IMG/VR virus record: IMGVR_UViG_3300032295_002421
Coordinates: 14,630 to 78,629 of that record
Direction: 5' to 3' (one strand)
DNA from: a virus
Lineage: Duplodnaviria > Caudoviricetes
DNA: 64,000 nt
Positions 37,437 through 47,839 of the stretch are shown in pieces (position 1 is the stretch's first letter; each line of letters opens with the position of its first letter). The position numbers and the translations under genes were made by a program. A model generated the notes under the pieces. It was given only the letters and a program-made list of their open reading frames with translations. It ran no database searches and was not told the DNA's origin.

Positions 37437-38735
37437 TTAACATGGTACAGATGATACCGAAATTCCAGGACCAGGACCATAAGAGAAAGTATTATCTCTT
37501 ACACACGGCGTATTTACAGAACTAAATGTATTAACACTACCACCTGTTGAATTATTATTTTCACACAAATTACCAGTCCAAGACGTACCTGTACCTTGAG
37601 TTTCTATTGTATAAACTGAACATGTAGGTACTTCTGTAGTTGTTGTTGTTGTTGTGCTAGTAGTTGTCGTAGTAGTGGTTGTCGTAGTAGTAGTTGTTGT
37701 AGTAGTCGTAGTTTCAGATGCAGAAGCACTTACATAATAAGATTTACCTGAAGCTGCTGTAAATGTATAAGAATTTACTGTTGCAGGTATTGATCCAGGG
37801 GTTGATATATTATTATGTAAAACTGTAGAATCAGTTAGATTTTCTATATATAATCTATAAGAACCCAATGTACCACCTTGACTATTTTGTTGTGAATATA
37901 TAGAACTTCCTGCAGAAGCTATAAAACTATTATTTTCTGTGGAGAACGATGATACTACATTTGTACCATCATCATTTATTAATAAGTCAGAATCTACATA
38001 AGGACTAGCTAATTCTGTATTTGCCCAAAATATAGTAGCTGGTACTTCTGTTGTAGTAGTAGTCGTTGTACTAGTTGTTGTTGTAGTCGGCGCTGCTGTA
38101 GTTGTTGTAGTTGTGGTACTAGTTGTTGTTGTACTAGTTGTTGTTGTAGTCGGCGCCGCCGTAGTTGTTGTAGTCGTTGTACTAGTTGTAGTTGTGGTCG
38201 TAGTAGAATCTATTATAGCGTTTCTATAATCTAAATTAGTTATTACAACTATACCTTGATTATATAAAATATTTCCTACATGTATATTAAGATTATCTGT
38301 ATCTATAATATTTCCATTACCATCATCTATAATATTATAAGTTAATCCTGTTAAATTAAAACTCTTTCTACTTATATTTTCTCCAAATACAGTTCTTGGT
38401 ATAGATATAACAGTTATTTCATCGCTAGATGATATTGGAAAATATCTAAAATCATTATCAAAAGTACCTTCTGCTGCTGTTGATTGAAGATTATCATTCC
38501 ATGCACTAGCTGAATTATCTAAATTTCCTGTAATATAAGAATTATAATATAATTGTTGTGCTAGTTTGTATACAAGAAATTCAGTTTTGTTTACATTAAA
38601 AGATCCATTAATTCCTCTATTAACAGTTATTCCACTATTAATAACAGAAGAACTAAAGTAAGATGCAGAGTATTTTAACTTTATAGGATAAGTAGAAATA
38701 TCTGACCTATCAAGAGTATTTTTTGATGATCCCAT
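37437..38735 (-). CDS. Baseplate/tail protein N-terminal half fused to mucin-like Thr-rich repeats, a beta-rich module and a Cys-containing tip
   Basis: VISIPR..FGE and VGNILYNQGIVVIT align with 38759..39790; two poly-Thr tracts each ending EVP. Confidence 0.75.
   Translation of the reverse strand: MGSSKNTLDRSDISTYPIKLKYSASYFSSSVINSGITVNRGINGSFNVNKTEFLVYKLAQQLYYNSYITGNLDNSASAWNDNLQSTAAEGTFDNDFRYFPISSSDEITVISIPRTVFGENISRKSFNLTGLTYNIIDDGNGNIIDTDNLNIHVGNILYNQGIVVITNLDYRNAIIDSTTTTTTTSTTTTTTTAAPTTTTTSTTTTSTTTTTTTAAPTTTTTSTTTTTTTEVPATIFWANTELASPYVDSDLLINDDGTNVVSSFSTENNSFIASAGSSIYSQQNSQGGTLGSYRLYIENLTDSTVLHNNISTPGSIPATVNSYTFTAASGKSYYVSASASETTTTTTTTTTTTTTTTTTSTTTTTTTEVPTCSVYTIETQGTGTSWTGNLCENNNSTGGSVNTFSSVNTPCVRDNTFSYGPGPGISVSSVPC
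37635..37712 (-). repeat. Poly-Thr coding repeat (second tract)
   Basis: ACN codon run. Confidence 0.9.
38049..38204 (-). repeat. Thr/Ser/Ala-Ala-Pro mucin-like coding repeat (first tract)
   Basis: Two TTTTTAAPTTTTTS units within a poly-Thr run. Confidence 0.9.
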
Positions 38736-38758
38736 TTACAAACTGTTATAGTAGTTTC

Positions 38759-39790
38759 CTACCAATCTAATTTAACTCTAATAAGAGCTTCTTTAGTAAA
38801 ATCTTTAGTTAGTGGCTTAGACATTTTAGCCACAGCTAACAATTCATTATTATCATTATATAATCCTACTGATGTTGGAAATGTTTGAGGACTATTAATA
38901 AAATTAGAATATATTAAATCACCAGATCCTGTAAAAAATGATGGATTAGTAGTATAATTATAATCTGAATTTTTAACTCTAACAAATAGATAGTTTGAAG
39001 AAATTGTTTCCTGAGAATTTAATTGGAAAAAAGATCCACTATTAATTGTTCTAAAAATTAGATTATTATTAAAACTAGCTGCATTTGAAGTAACCGCTGT
39101 AGAAAAAGAAGTTCCAATACCACCGTCTCCTGATGCTAAAGAAAGCGCTCTTGGATTTAAAAGTATCAATCCGATATCAGGTAAAAATAATCCATAACTA
39201 CCAGAAACTGTATATCCCTTAGTAGCTCCTGTTAATGTAGGACTATTTCTTGCGGTACCATTAGATCCTGATACTATATTATAAACTCTTCCGCCGTCTA
39301 AATACGATATGATATTTATATCATTAGAATTGTCTGTTAATTTTATAGGTCCACTACCTGCGTTTGCAAGATATAAATTAAAAGTACCAGGAAATAAACT
39401 CTCTTTATATTTATTTCTATCAATTTGAATAGCAATTAAATCATCAGAGTCTACGTTTCCAGTTCCAAAATTAATTGAACTTTCAGCGTCTCCGTAAATT
39501 AAATTTCTAAATTGTCCAAAAGTAATTCTAGTAGGACTATTACCTGTAACTATTGGATTTAATGGAGCAGATCCTGATCCTGCATAATGTCCATAAGCAA
39601 CAGAAAATTGAATAGAAGCTGATGGGGAAACAATAGATCCATCATAAACATCTACATAATAACTTCCTGTAGAACTAGCTGATGCTGTAAAAAAATTAGT
39701 AAGAATAGTTACATTATTACTCCATGCCGGTGCTGTTACCGAGTCAGATGATATGACAAAATCTGATGCTTCTAATCTTGTAAATGACAT
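38759..39790 (-). CDS. Baseplate/tail structural protein
   Basis: SVGLYNDNNELLAVAK resembles the tail-collar (DUF3751-type) C-terminal motif; lies in structural operon. Confidence 0.6.
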   Translation of the reverse strand: MSFTRLEASDFVISSDSVTAPAWSNNVTILTNFFTASASSTGSYYVDVYDGSIVSPSASIQFSVAYGHYAGSGSAPLNPIVTGNSPTRITFGQFRNLIYGDAESSINFGTGNVDSDDLIAIQIDRNKYKESLFPGTFNLYLANAGSGPIKLTDNSNDINIISYLDGGRVYNIVSGSNGTARNSPTLTGATKGYTVSGSYGLFLPDIGLILLNPRALSLASGDGGIGTSFSTAVTSNAASFNNNLIFRTINSGSFFQLNSQETISSNYLFVRVKNSDYNYTTNPSFFTGSGDLIYSNFINSPQTFPTSVGLYNDNNELLAVAKMSKPLTKDFTKEALIRVKLDW

Positions 39791-39801
39791 ATTTTATTAT
39801 A

Positions 39802-40458
39802 TTATGAGTTTTTTGTAATTGTTACAGGTATACTAATTCTTGCTCCAGAATCACGACCAACTACAACTAAAGTAGTAAATAATGAAGTATTTGATCCAAA
39901 TAAAGTATTAACTGTAGTTGCAGTTAAGTTAATTGTAGTTCCTATAACAGTTTTACTTACATTAGTACCTATAGTAGTTGTAGAATTAAGAGATACTGCT
40001 TCTGGTGTATTTATACCTACTCCATTAAATGAACTCATTACTCTAACATCTCCAATTGTGGCTACATATCCTGATTGTTCAAAAGTTGAAGTAGCGCCGA
40101 GGTAGTTTAGAGTTTGAGGAGTAATTGCAAGAGATGCTCCTTGTTTTAATTTAATTGCATCATATCCTAAATCAAGTACAGGTACTTTAGCTGTTCCTCT
40201 AGGAAGAGTAATAAGTTTATACTTCATAATCTCAGTATCATTAGGATATGCTTGAATTATAGGCATAGCCTCAATAGCCTCACCATAGAATGCGGATCCT
40301 GATGGGTGGTTTGGATTATAAAGACTGTAATCTATTTCATCATCACCTAAAGAAAATTGGGTAATTAGAAAAGATCCATTATTTCTAGAAAGAAGTTCTC
40401 TTCCTTTTTTAGTAAGGATAGCATCTACTACCACCGATGTACTACTTAAATATGACAT
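39802..40458 (-). CDS. Baseplate/tail structural protein
   Basis: LTKKGRELL...ITQFSLGDDE resembles the DUF3751-type N-terminus; late motif at 40475. Confidence 0.6.
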   Translation of the reverse strand: MSYLSSTSVVVDAILTKKGRELLSRNNGSFLITQFSLGDDEIDYSLYNPNHPSGSAFYGEAIEAMPIIQAYPNDTEIMKYKLITLPRGTAKVPVLDLGYDAIKLKQGASLAITPQTLNYLGATSTFEQSGYVATIGDVRVMSSFNGVGINTPEAVSLNSTTTIGTNVSKTVIGTTINLTATTVNTLFGSNTSLFTTLVVVGRDSGARISIPVTITKNS

Positions 40459-40485
40459 ATAAATGGGCTTTTAAATAAATATGTG

Positions 40486-43400
40486 TTATTGGAAAATTAT
40501 TGTGTTTGTATCTGGGTCTATTAAATTCTGTTGTCTTAGAGATTTTATAACATTTCCAGAATTATCTCTTACATCTGGATCTATATATTGTGGGAAAAGT
40601 ATTCCGTCTTGAGTAATCGGTGTTTTTAAATTATAGTTTAAAATAACATTTGTTTCATCAGGAATTCTTTTTAGTACTATATATCTACAAATTTGACTAG
40701 GAAATTGTCCAAGTTTAGTATCAAGAGGATTAATATCTTTATCTACAGTAAAAGTCCAAAATGATCCTGTTGAATCTTCTAAAGGAGAAGCACTTAAAAC
40801 TCTATATTCTGATTTTGGAGTAAATCCACTTGATGTATTATATAATCTAATCAAATCCATGTTTTCCAAGAAAAATGTAAATACAGGAGTATCTATTCCT
40901 GGATAGCTACCACTAAAAATAAAGTTATCATAATATGCAGATTGAGTTAATGATAATTTTATAGTTCTATTATCAATTGCATACCAACAAGGATCTTGAT
41001 CTACAATTTCATCTATAAATTGTGTAGTTGTAATAGTACTTGGAGTTCCTGCAACCCATTTTTGCACATTTGTTATTTGTGGAGGATTATAATAACTAGC
41101 ACCACCAACTGTGATATAAAAAGGTAAAGTTTGCCCAATAGCTCTTTCTATTTGTCCATTTATAGTTGTATATCCAGATCCAGGATTAGTTGGAGTCATT
41201 TGCCAATATACAGTTAAATTTTCTGTAATAGGACTAGTTCCTCCTGCGCAAGAAGCGGTATATCCATATATGTTTTGACCAAACTGATTATTTATATTAT
41301 ATAGAGAAGACCAATTAGCTAGAGTGTATTCAGCAGATGGAGCAGAATAAACTCTACCACCAGGATTAGAAACAGTAGATGTAATTTCTATAGGATTATC
41401 TAAATAAAATCCGACATTGTTACTTTCAGAAACTCTAAATAAAATAGGACTATATCTATAACCTCCTTCATATATAGTAAAATTACTATTATTAGCTAAT
41501 CTTTGTATATAAGGATTAGTATTATCATAATTAAATAATGATACATCTAAAGTCTCTCCTGATTTAAATACATTTTGAGTAGTAAAAATATTTTTATTTA
41601 ATTTAGTTAAATCTAATACGTTTTCACTATTATCTATAAAGTATTTAATTTGTGCATTAGCTCTTTGAGGTAATTGAAAAGATGCAGAGTATATATCTAT
41701 TAAATAAGCATATTGATATTTTATTTTATCAATTGCTGCTGTTTTACCAAACGAAATATCTCCATCAGTGTACACATTATATTGTGAACTTTGTACATAT
41801 GATCCACTATATCTAGGAATGATAGATCTTTTTAAATTATAATTATAATCTTGAACATATGCATATGGGTTATTAAAATTAGTGTACGTTGCATAATTAT
41901 CAATTCTAGAATTATTCATAGATTGAGTAACTATTCCATAATTTACAGGGATTGATTGATCTGAGGTATAATCAAGATCAAATAAAACTGTAGATCTTAC
42001 TGATTGAGTAACATTTTGGTATAAAGCCCCTAATGAATATGTAGCAAAATAAGAAGCAGAAGATGCTAAACTAGATATTTCTACTTGTGGAAAAGCCTCT
42101 CCATTTGTAACAATAATATTAGATCCGCTAAATTCTCCTGTATATTTTTCTATTCCATTAGAACTAGAAATAAACACAGATCCAGATGAACATATTGTAT
42201 AGCCTGTCCAACCAGAATATCCTTCAATAGCGCCACCAGAAGATCCAGATATTTCTATCATATCAATAGACTGGGAATAGTCATTAAAACTAACACTTGG
42301 CTCGTGCCTAGCGTATTTATTTCTCTCTAGCATGTGTGATTTAACTATGATACCAGTAGAGAGATTTGCTCTAGCAGGAACATAATCTTTAATCATTTTA
42401 AATAAAGAGTTATTATAAAACTTAATAAGTCTTATATATTCCCAAATACTATTAGGTTGAGTATATGTTGAAAAATAAGCATTTTTAAAACTATCCAAAG
42501 GAAAGTATGAAGAAGAATATTGATATCCTGGCGAACCAATTAATTGATCTATATCAAAATATCCTTGCGATGATACAATATTATTATTAATAGTATCTGC
42601 TGGAGAAAATCCAACTTCAATATTAGTTGTATTTAATCTATTAGTATTTTTATAATATTGTAAACTTGCTTCAGGATGTAATAAAGAAGAAGACAAAGTT
42701 AAACTACTTGTTATTGTAGATATTTTATATGTAGATGAATCTAAATCATAAATTCCATTTACAAAATCTATAGGAGTTCCTCCAAATTCTCTAACTGTTA
42801 AAATATTATCTGGTATTCCAAATGTGCTAATTAATGCTTTAACTCCTCTTTCTGTTCCTTTACTTTTTAATAAATAAGGTAAATTGTGATATAATCTTTT
42901 ATAAAATTCTTGTTGAATTTCTTTTGCTGATAGTGTCGTCAAACTTGAAGTTACATAATTTGTTATGTACTCAGATCCAGTTGGAGGTAATAAAGATCCA
43001 TCTGCATTTATTCCGAAAAGAGTATAATAAAGATTATTAGATATATTTGAGTTAGTATATAATTGAATTCCAAAACCCCTTAACGCGTCTCCTACAAGAT
43101 CTAAAGATATTCCAGTATCAGGATTGTTTGTTGCATTATATCTATTAGATAAATCTTTATAATATATCCAAATATTATCAAAATGCTGGCCAATCATATC
43201 TAAAAAAGTTATGAATGGTTCATTATTTGAATCGTCTAATAAATACTGAGGTATTGAATTATGTAGTAAATCTTTATTAGTAGAATCATAATATGATGCT
43301 GAAAATAATAAAGATTGAGTGGTAGGTGTCGGTATAGTATTACTAGATCCTAAAAAATTAGATACTTGAGAAGAAGTTACTGAATATAATTGATACGGTT

Positions 43401-44523
43401 GGGTTGATGTTGATTTAGGCCAAGCCCAACTTGATGAATTAAAATATAAAAAATATTCATATGTATCAAAATTAGTTATTATATTATCTATAGCTTGTTG
43501 AGCTGAATCTTTAGTAGCATTGGCATATGTGGAATTTGTTGCTCCTCCTGCAATTAATGACTGACTATATTGTTGCTGCTTATAATTTTCTATTAATTGA
43601 ATTTTATAAATAAAATTACTTACTCTTTCATAAGCACTGGAAAAATGTACAAAGTTTTTAAAATTACTATAATCTATATTAATTGCTATAGATTTATCTT
43701 GATAATAACTTAGTAATTTTTGAAATGAAGAAGTAACCGGACTAGCTATTAAATTATCGTAGTTATAATAAGGAGTAGTTTGTCCGTTTTTATTATTTAT
43801 TTCTACGTTAAAATTAGGCCCTCTTAAATAATTTAATTCTGTAACTTGAGCAACTTGAGATTGTATAGAAACTTCAAAAGTTGCTGGTTCAGATATTTTA
43901 TCTACTATCCATAAATTATCTTTTAATGAATATTTACTATCTAAAGGCTCATATAATTTTATAAGTAAATACCCTCCTAAATCATCCTCTGTATAAGCTA
44001 CATTATTTGCAGCTACTAATTCATTATTTCCAAAATTTAAATAAAATACCGGATAATAATTTCTAGTGGCTATTATTGCTTGGTATGCATTAAATCCAGA
44101 TCTTATAATATCTGAACTTATTGTTTGTGAAGCTAATCTTAATTCAGTTCTATCTGACGAAATCTCCTTAATCCAATAAAAACTTCCTACTGATGAATTA
44201 AATAGCCTATTATAAAAACAATACTGTAAATTAAAAATACCTCTCTTAAAACCCCTTTCTTTAAGATCTAATTCAGGATTTAAAGTTAATGCAGAATATG
44301 TATTATTTTTTGGATTATTTAATATATATGGATAATAATCTGATGCATCATAGTCAATAAAAATGCTACTTCCATTTTCATCATATATAAACAATTCAAT
44401 ATAGTCTCCCTCATTTCCAAAAGAAGAATTTATATAATTAACATTAATTAATGGTCTATCTTTTGCTGAAAGATCTCCAGATGGATTACCAGTTCCGGTA
44501 TATGTAATATTAACTAATTCCAT
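40486..44523 (-). CDS. Large baseplate wedge/tail structural protein
   Basis: 1345 aa; YLLKSKGTERGV..LI..FG motif typical of wedge (gp7/P2 gpI-like) proteins. Confidence 0.6.
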   Translation of the reverse strand: MELVNITYTGTGNPSGDLSAKDRPLINVNYINSSFGNEGDYIELFIYDENGSSIFIDYDASDYYPYILNNPKNNTYSALTLNPELDLKERGFKRGIFNLQYCFYNRLFNSSVGSFYWIKEISSDRTELRLASQTISSDIIRSGFNAYQAIIATRNYYPVFYLNFGNNELVAANNVAYTEDDLGGYLLIKLYEPLDSKYSLKDNLWIVDKISEPATFEVSIQSQVAQVTELNYLRGPNFNVEINNKNGQTTPYYNYDNLIASPVTSSFQKLLSYYQDKSIAINIDYSNFKNFVHFSSAYERVSNFIYKIQLIENYKQQQYSQSLIAGGATNSTYANATKDSAQQAIDNIITNFDTYEYFLYFNSSSWAWPKSTSTQPYQLYSVTSSQVSNFLGSSNTIPTPTTQSLLFSASYYDSTNKDLLHNSIPQYLLDDSNNEPFITFLDMIGQHFDNIWIYYKDLSNRYNATNNPDTGISLDLVGDALRGFGIQLYTNSNISNNLYYTLFGINADGSLLPPTGSEYITNYVTSSLTTLSAKEIQQEFYKRLYHNLPYLLKSKGTERGVKALISTFGIPDNILTVREFGGTPIDFVNGIYDLDSSTYKISTITSSLTLSSSLLHPEASLQYYKNTNRLNTTNIEVGFSPADTINNNIVSSQGYFDIDQLIGSPGYQYSSSYFPLDSFKNAYFSTYTQPNSIWEYIRLIKFYNNSLFKMIKDYVPARANLSTGIIVKSHMLERNKYARHEPSVSFNDYSQSIDMIEISGSSGGAIEGYSGWTGYTICSSGSVFISSSNGIEKYTGEFSGSNIIVTNGEAFPQVEISSLASSASYFATYSLGALYQNVTQSVRSTVLFDLDYTSDQSIPVNYGIVTQSMNNSRIDNYATYTNFNNPYAYVQDYNYNLKRSIIPRYSGSYVQSSQYNVYTDGDISFGKTAAIDKIKYQYAYLIDIYSASFQLPQRANAQIKYFIDNSENVLDLTKLNKNIFTTQNVFKSGETLDVSLFNYDNTNPYIQRLANNSNFTIYEGGYRYSPILFRVSESNNVGFYLDNPIEITSTVSNPGGRVYSAPSAEYTLANWSSLYNINNQFGQNIYGYTASCAGGTSPITENLTVYWQMTPTNPGSGYTTINGQIERAIGQTLPFYITVGGASYYNPPQITNVQKWVAGTPSTITTTQFIDEIVDQDPCWYAIDNRTIKLSLTQSAYYDNFIFSGSYPGIDTPVFTFFLENMDLIRLYNTSSGFTPKSEYRVLSASPLEDSTGSFWTFTVDKDINPLDTKLGQFPSQICRYIVLKRIPDETNVILNYNLKTPITQDGILFPQYIDPDVRDNSGNVIKSLRQQNLIDPDTNTIIFQ

Positions 44524-44861
44524 TATAATAAATTATTGATATTATTCATAGATTGATTTATATCTAATATCTGTTGACGTAAAGAATTTATTTCTTCTAT
44601 TAAAGCTTGTTTTTCCGCATCTAAAACAGACCCACCTAAATACTCTTGACTTCTTTCAACTAAATAAGAATGAGAATTTATAGATCCAGAAACAGGTATT
44701 TCAAAAAATAATAAATCATAATATTCAAAAAATTCATCTACAGTTATTAAACTAGAAGTTACAATTGTTTCTTCTGTAATAAATTCTTCAAAATTTGTAT
44801 TTATAGCTTTTGTGTATGTAGCTAATCCATATATTTTTTTTGATAATTCTATATTTGCCAT
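44523..44861 (-). CDS. Structural-region hypothetical protein
   Basis: C-terminal coiled coil. Confidence 0.65.
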   Translation of the reverse strand: MANIELSKKIYGLATYTKAINTNFEEFITEETIVTSSLITVDEFFEYYDLLFFEIPVSGSINSHSYLVERSQEYLGGSVLDAEKQALIEEINSLRQQILDINQSMNNINNLL

Positions 44862-45967
44862 TATCTAGTAACTTTAAATATTAAATCATTATCTATTTCA
44901 TAAGATGTACCATCTGATAATACCGTTTTAATTAGTATTTTATAATATCTTTCTGGTTCAAGTCCATTCATATATAGGTTAAAATAACTATTTATTCCAT
45001 CACAACTAACTTTTGTGTACGTAGTGTCATAATCTATTAGTATATCATTTGTCTTTACATCTTGTAAAGCCCAATAAGATGTTTGAGGAAGCACTTTATT
45101 TGTTAAATATAAAGAAGATGTTGTAAATGTTCTTATTGGGTATTTATCTCTTGCATTTATATTGAACCTATATTTTCCTGTTCCGTATTTGTAAGTATCT
45201 AAATTATTAGATAAAGTAATTACACTATCTGTACTATTAATTACCGAAAGACTTCCTGTAGAATATGAACTATCATCCCACTTTATTTCTAATGTTGGAG
45301 GATAAATAGTATGCGTATCTACTGAAAAAAAACTTAGTCCTATATAACTACCTGAGTTTTGTTCTATAACATTTGGATGTTTTATTAAAAATCCATAATT
45401 AGGATATGAACCACTAAACCAAGTGTTAACTATAGAACTTACATCAACGTTTATATCTTTATTATCAGAATAGCCAAATGATTGAGTAGTTGATCCATTT
45501 GTCCACGAACCACCTCCAGGAGTTAAATAATATGATCCATTTCCCCATTGATTTGATGCAGTTGAAAATTGATTAGGATTATACCAACATGCTCCATTTC
45601 TAGTTTCTGGAATATCTCCAAATTTACCTGTTCCCATTTGCCACGACTGAGAAACTTGTCTTACTTCTAAACTATAAGTAGTATTTAAATTTTCAGCAGT
45701 TGCTAAATATAGTCTTAAATTAGTTTTCCAAGATCCTGTAGTAAAAGATTTTAAAACAGCAATATCTGAATCTGAAAAAGATATAATTGATCTTCTTAAA
45801 TTATCTTGAAGAAGAGGTTCTGATGGTACAGGATCAACAAAATAATTAGATGGATTATTAGAGTTTTTTACAGATACTTCTAAAATAGAATCTAATCCAG
45901 TATTGGCAGCAGGACTACTAGAATATAATGTAGTATCAGCAGTAGCAAATATTTTATATACAGCCAT
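44861..45967 (-). CDS. Virion protein with DNRLRE/CBM96-like domain
   Basis: ADTTLY...P..NTG....LEV, RSII.F, DVSSIVNTW...NYGFLIK, FFS......PTLEIKW. Confidence 0.6.
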   Translation of the reverse strand: MAVYKIFATADTTLYSSSPAANTGLDSILEVSVKNSNNPSNYFVDPVPSEPLLQDNLRRSIISFSDSDIAVLKSFTTGSWKTNLRLYLATAENLNTTYSLEVRQVSQSWQMGTGKFGDIPETRNGACWYNPNQFSTASNQWGNGSYYLTPGGGSWTNGSTTQSFGYSDNKDINVDVSSIVNTWFSGSYPNYGFLIKHPNVIEQNSGSYIGLSFFSVDTHTIYPPTLEIKWDDSSYSTGSLSVINSTDSVITLSNNLDTYKYGTGKYRFNINARDKYPIRTFTTSSLYLTNKVLPQTSYWALQDVKTNDILIDYDTTYTKVSCDGINSYFNLYMNGLEPERYYKILIKTVLSDGTSYEIDNDLIFKVTR

Positions 45968-45980
45968 TTTTTATTTTTTT

Positions 45981-47837
45981 TTACATTGTTACTACACGAC
46001 CTTGAATATCTGTATTAGGATATTTTACTTCAAATATAGAAGGATCTAAAGACGGATAAAGAACTCCGTTTAAAGTTCCTGCAGATATATCATATGAGTA
46101 TCTGGAATATCCGCTAGTTAAACCAGATTTATTAACTATATTAACTTTTTTAACTGTTTGAACTCCTTCAACAATTTCTAATATAGAATAAATGTCTCCT
46201 AATATTATAGGTTGATTTATTTGCCAATTGTTAATATTAAAAAAGTCTTGTAATACTGTTATACATCTAGCTAATACATCTTGACTAGTATAATTAGGTC
46301 TAATTATAATATCAAAATCACAACCAATATTAATTATATATGCAGGTTTTATATTAACTGCATCTGTCATCATTCTATAATCTGATAAATATGTTTGTAA
46401 ATTTTCAAGCATAGCAGGAGAAGGGTTTTCTAAGTTGTTATTAGAATTTAATCCTAAAACATAAAGACTAACTAAAACTTGATCTTTTTGACCTATATCT
46501 CCTCTCATGTAATTATTAAAAGTAGCATCGTCTTTAGTTACATATGCCTTAGAAATTTTACCATATCTAGGATCCATACTAAGAGTTCTTGCTAAATAAT
46601 CTTCTTGAGTTACAGCTCTATATTGTGTTGGAAATTCTGCTAATATATTTAATTTTAATTCATTAACAGTATCTCCATCGCCACCACCAGAAGCAGGATC
46701 TATATTATTAACTGCTAAGGTATTTTGATATGTAGTATTACCAGCGGAAGAAAAAGATGATATTTCAGTTAACTGATTAGATAGTACATTTGATCTTGCG
46801 CCTCCTCCAACTAAATATTGAAATGTTATAGTAGTATTTTTAGGAGCCAATCCATAAGTTTGTGTTGTAACAAAATTAGTAGGATCAAATGAGCTAGATA
46901 AAGTACTAAGTCCACCACCAGATAAACCAACACTTACATTATTAGGATTAGGTAAAACAGCAGTATCTGCTACTGAATTTATTCCTGGTCCAAATTCTAT
47001 TTCTAAAGTTCCTTCTGATGTAAATCTAGAAACAAATCTTCTAGAAACATACATTTTTTGAAGCATATAAGGAACTTGATTCTGGTATTGATATAATGAT
47101 GGATAATTTGCCGCTGTATTTTCTACTGGTTTTAATATATAATCTTGGGCTAAATAAGGTACTTCATACCATGTGTTTCCATCGCTATCTTTGGCATCTA
47201 AAATAGTTATTATTGAACTATCAGAAATTGATACAGTAGAAAATCTTTGAGGTGCTCCAAAAGCAAAATTTGCTGTTTTTAATTGGCCAGATAATGCTTG
47301 TCTAGTTTTTTTAAGAATATAAGAAGTAGGAATATTAGAACTATCTATTGTATATACATCTATAGTAGTTGGATCCATAGAAGATGACATAGAAAAATCT
47401 ATTTTATCAGGGATATAAAAAGAAACACTAGAATCTACATTAGATCTAATTTGCATTCCTTGTCTTACTGTAAATGCATAAGAAAAATCTGGAATGGTTT
47501 CTGTTCCTATATTAATTGATGGTATTTGTTGATATATTTCTACATTTGCTATTGCCGCAGAGCTTATTTTAGGTCTATACCCTAACATATAAGCTAAAGT
47601 ATATAAATTATTTTTTTGTTTTGCATATTGTAAAAAGCTCTCTTGTATTTGATTATCTAAATAAAAAGATAATACGTCTCCAACATAAGCCGCCATATCA
47701 ATAAACATAGATCCTGGACTGGCTTGTGTAAAATCGTTATATACTGTAGGGTAATACGCCCTAGCATACTCTATAAGATCTGTTTTAAATGTATTAAAAT
47801 CTTTATTTATATATGATATATCAGTTTGAGTAGCCAT
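45981..47837 (-). CDS. Baseplate wedge subunit (T4 gp6 / baseplate J-like)
   Basis: KDFNTFK.DL..Y; FIDMAAYVGDVLSFYLD.Q; A.MLGY.P; YLVGGG..SN; RAVT.EDY. Confidence 0.85.
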   Translation of the reverse strand: MATQTDISYINKDFNTFKTDLIEYARAYYPTVYNDFTQASPGSMFIDMAAYVGDVLSFYLDNQIQESFLQYAKQKNNLYTLAYMLGYRPKISSAAIANVEIYQQIPSINIGTETIPDFSYAFTVRQGMQIRSNVDSSVSFYIPDKIDFSMSSSMDPTTIDVYTIDSSNIPTSYILKKTRQALSGQLKTANFAFGAPQRFSTVSISDSSIITILDAKDSDGNTWYEVPYLAQDYILKPVENTAANYPSLYQYQNQVPYMLQKMYVSRRFVSRFTSEGTLEIEFGPGINSVADTAVLPNPNNVSVGLSGGGLSTLSSSFDPTNFVTTQTYGLAPKNTTITFQYLVGGGARSNVLSNQLTEISSFSSAGNTTYQNTLAVNNIDPASGGGDGDTVNELKLNILAEFPTQYRAVTQEDYLARTLSMDPRYGKISKAYVTKDDATFNNYMRGDIGQKDQVLVSLYVLGLNSNNNLENPSPAMLENLQTYLSDYRMMTDAVNIKPAYIINIGCDFDIIIRPNYTSQDVLARCITVLQDFFNINNWQINQPIILGDIYSILEIVEGVQTVKKVNIVNKSGLTSGYSRYSYDISAGTLNGVLYPSLDPSIFEVKYPNTDIQGRVVTM

Positions 47838-47839
47838 TT

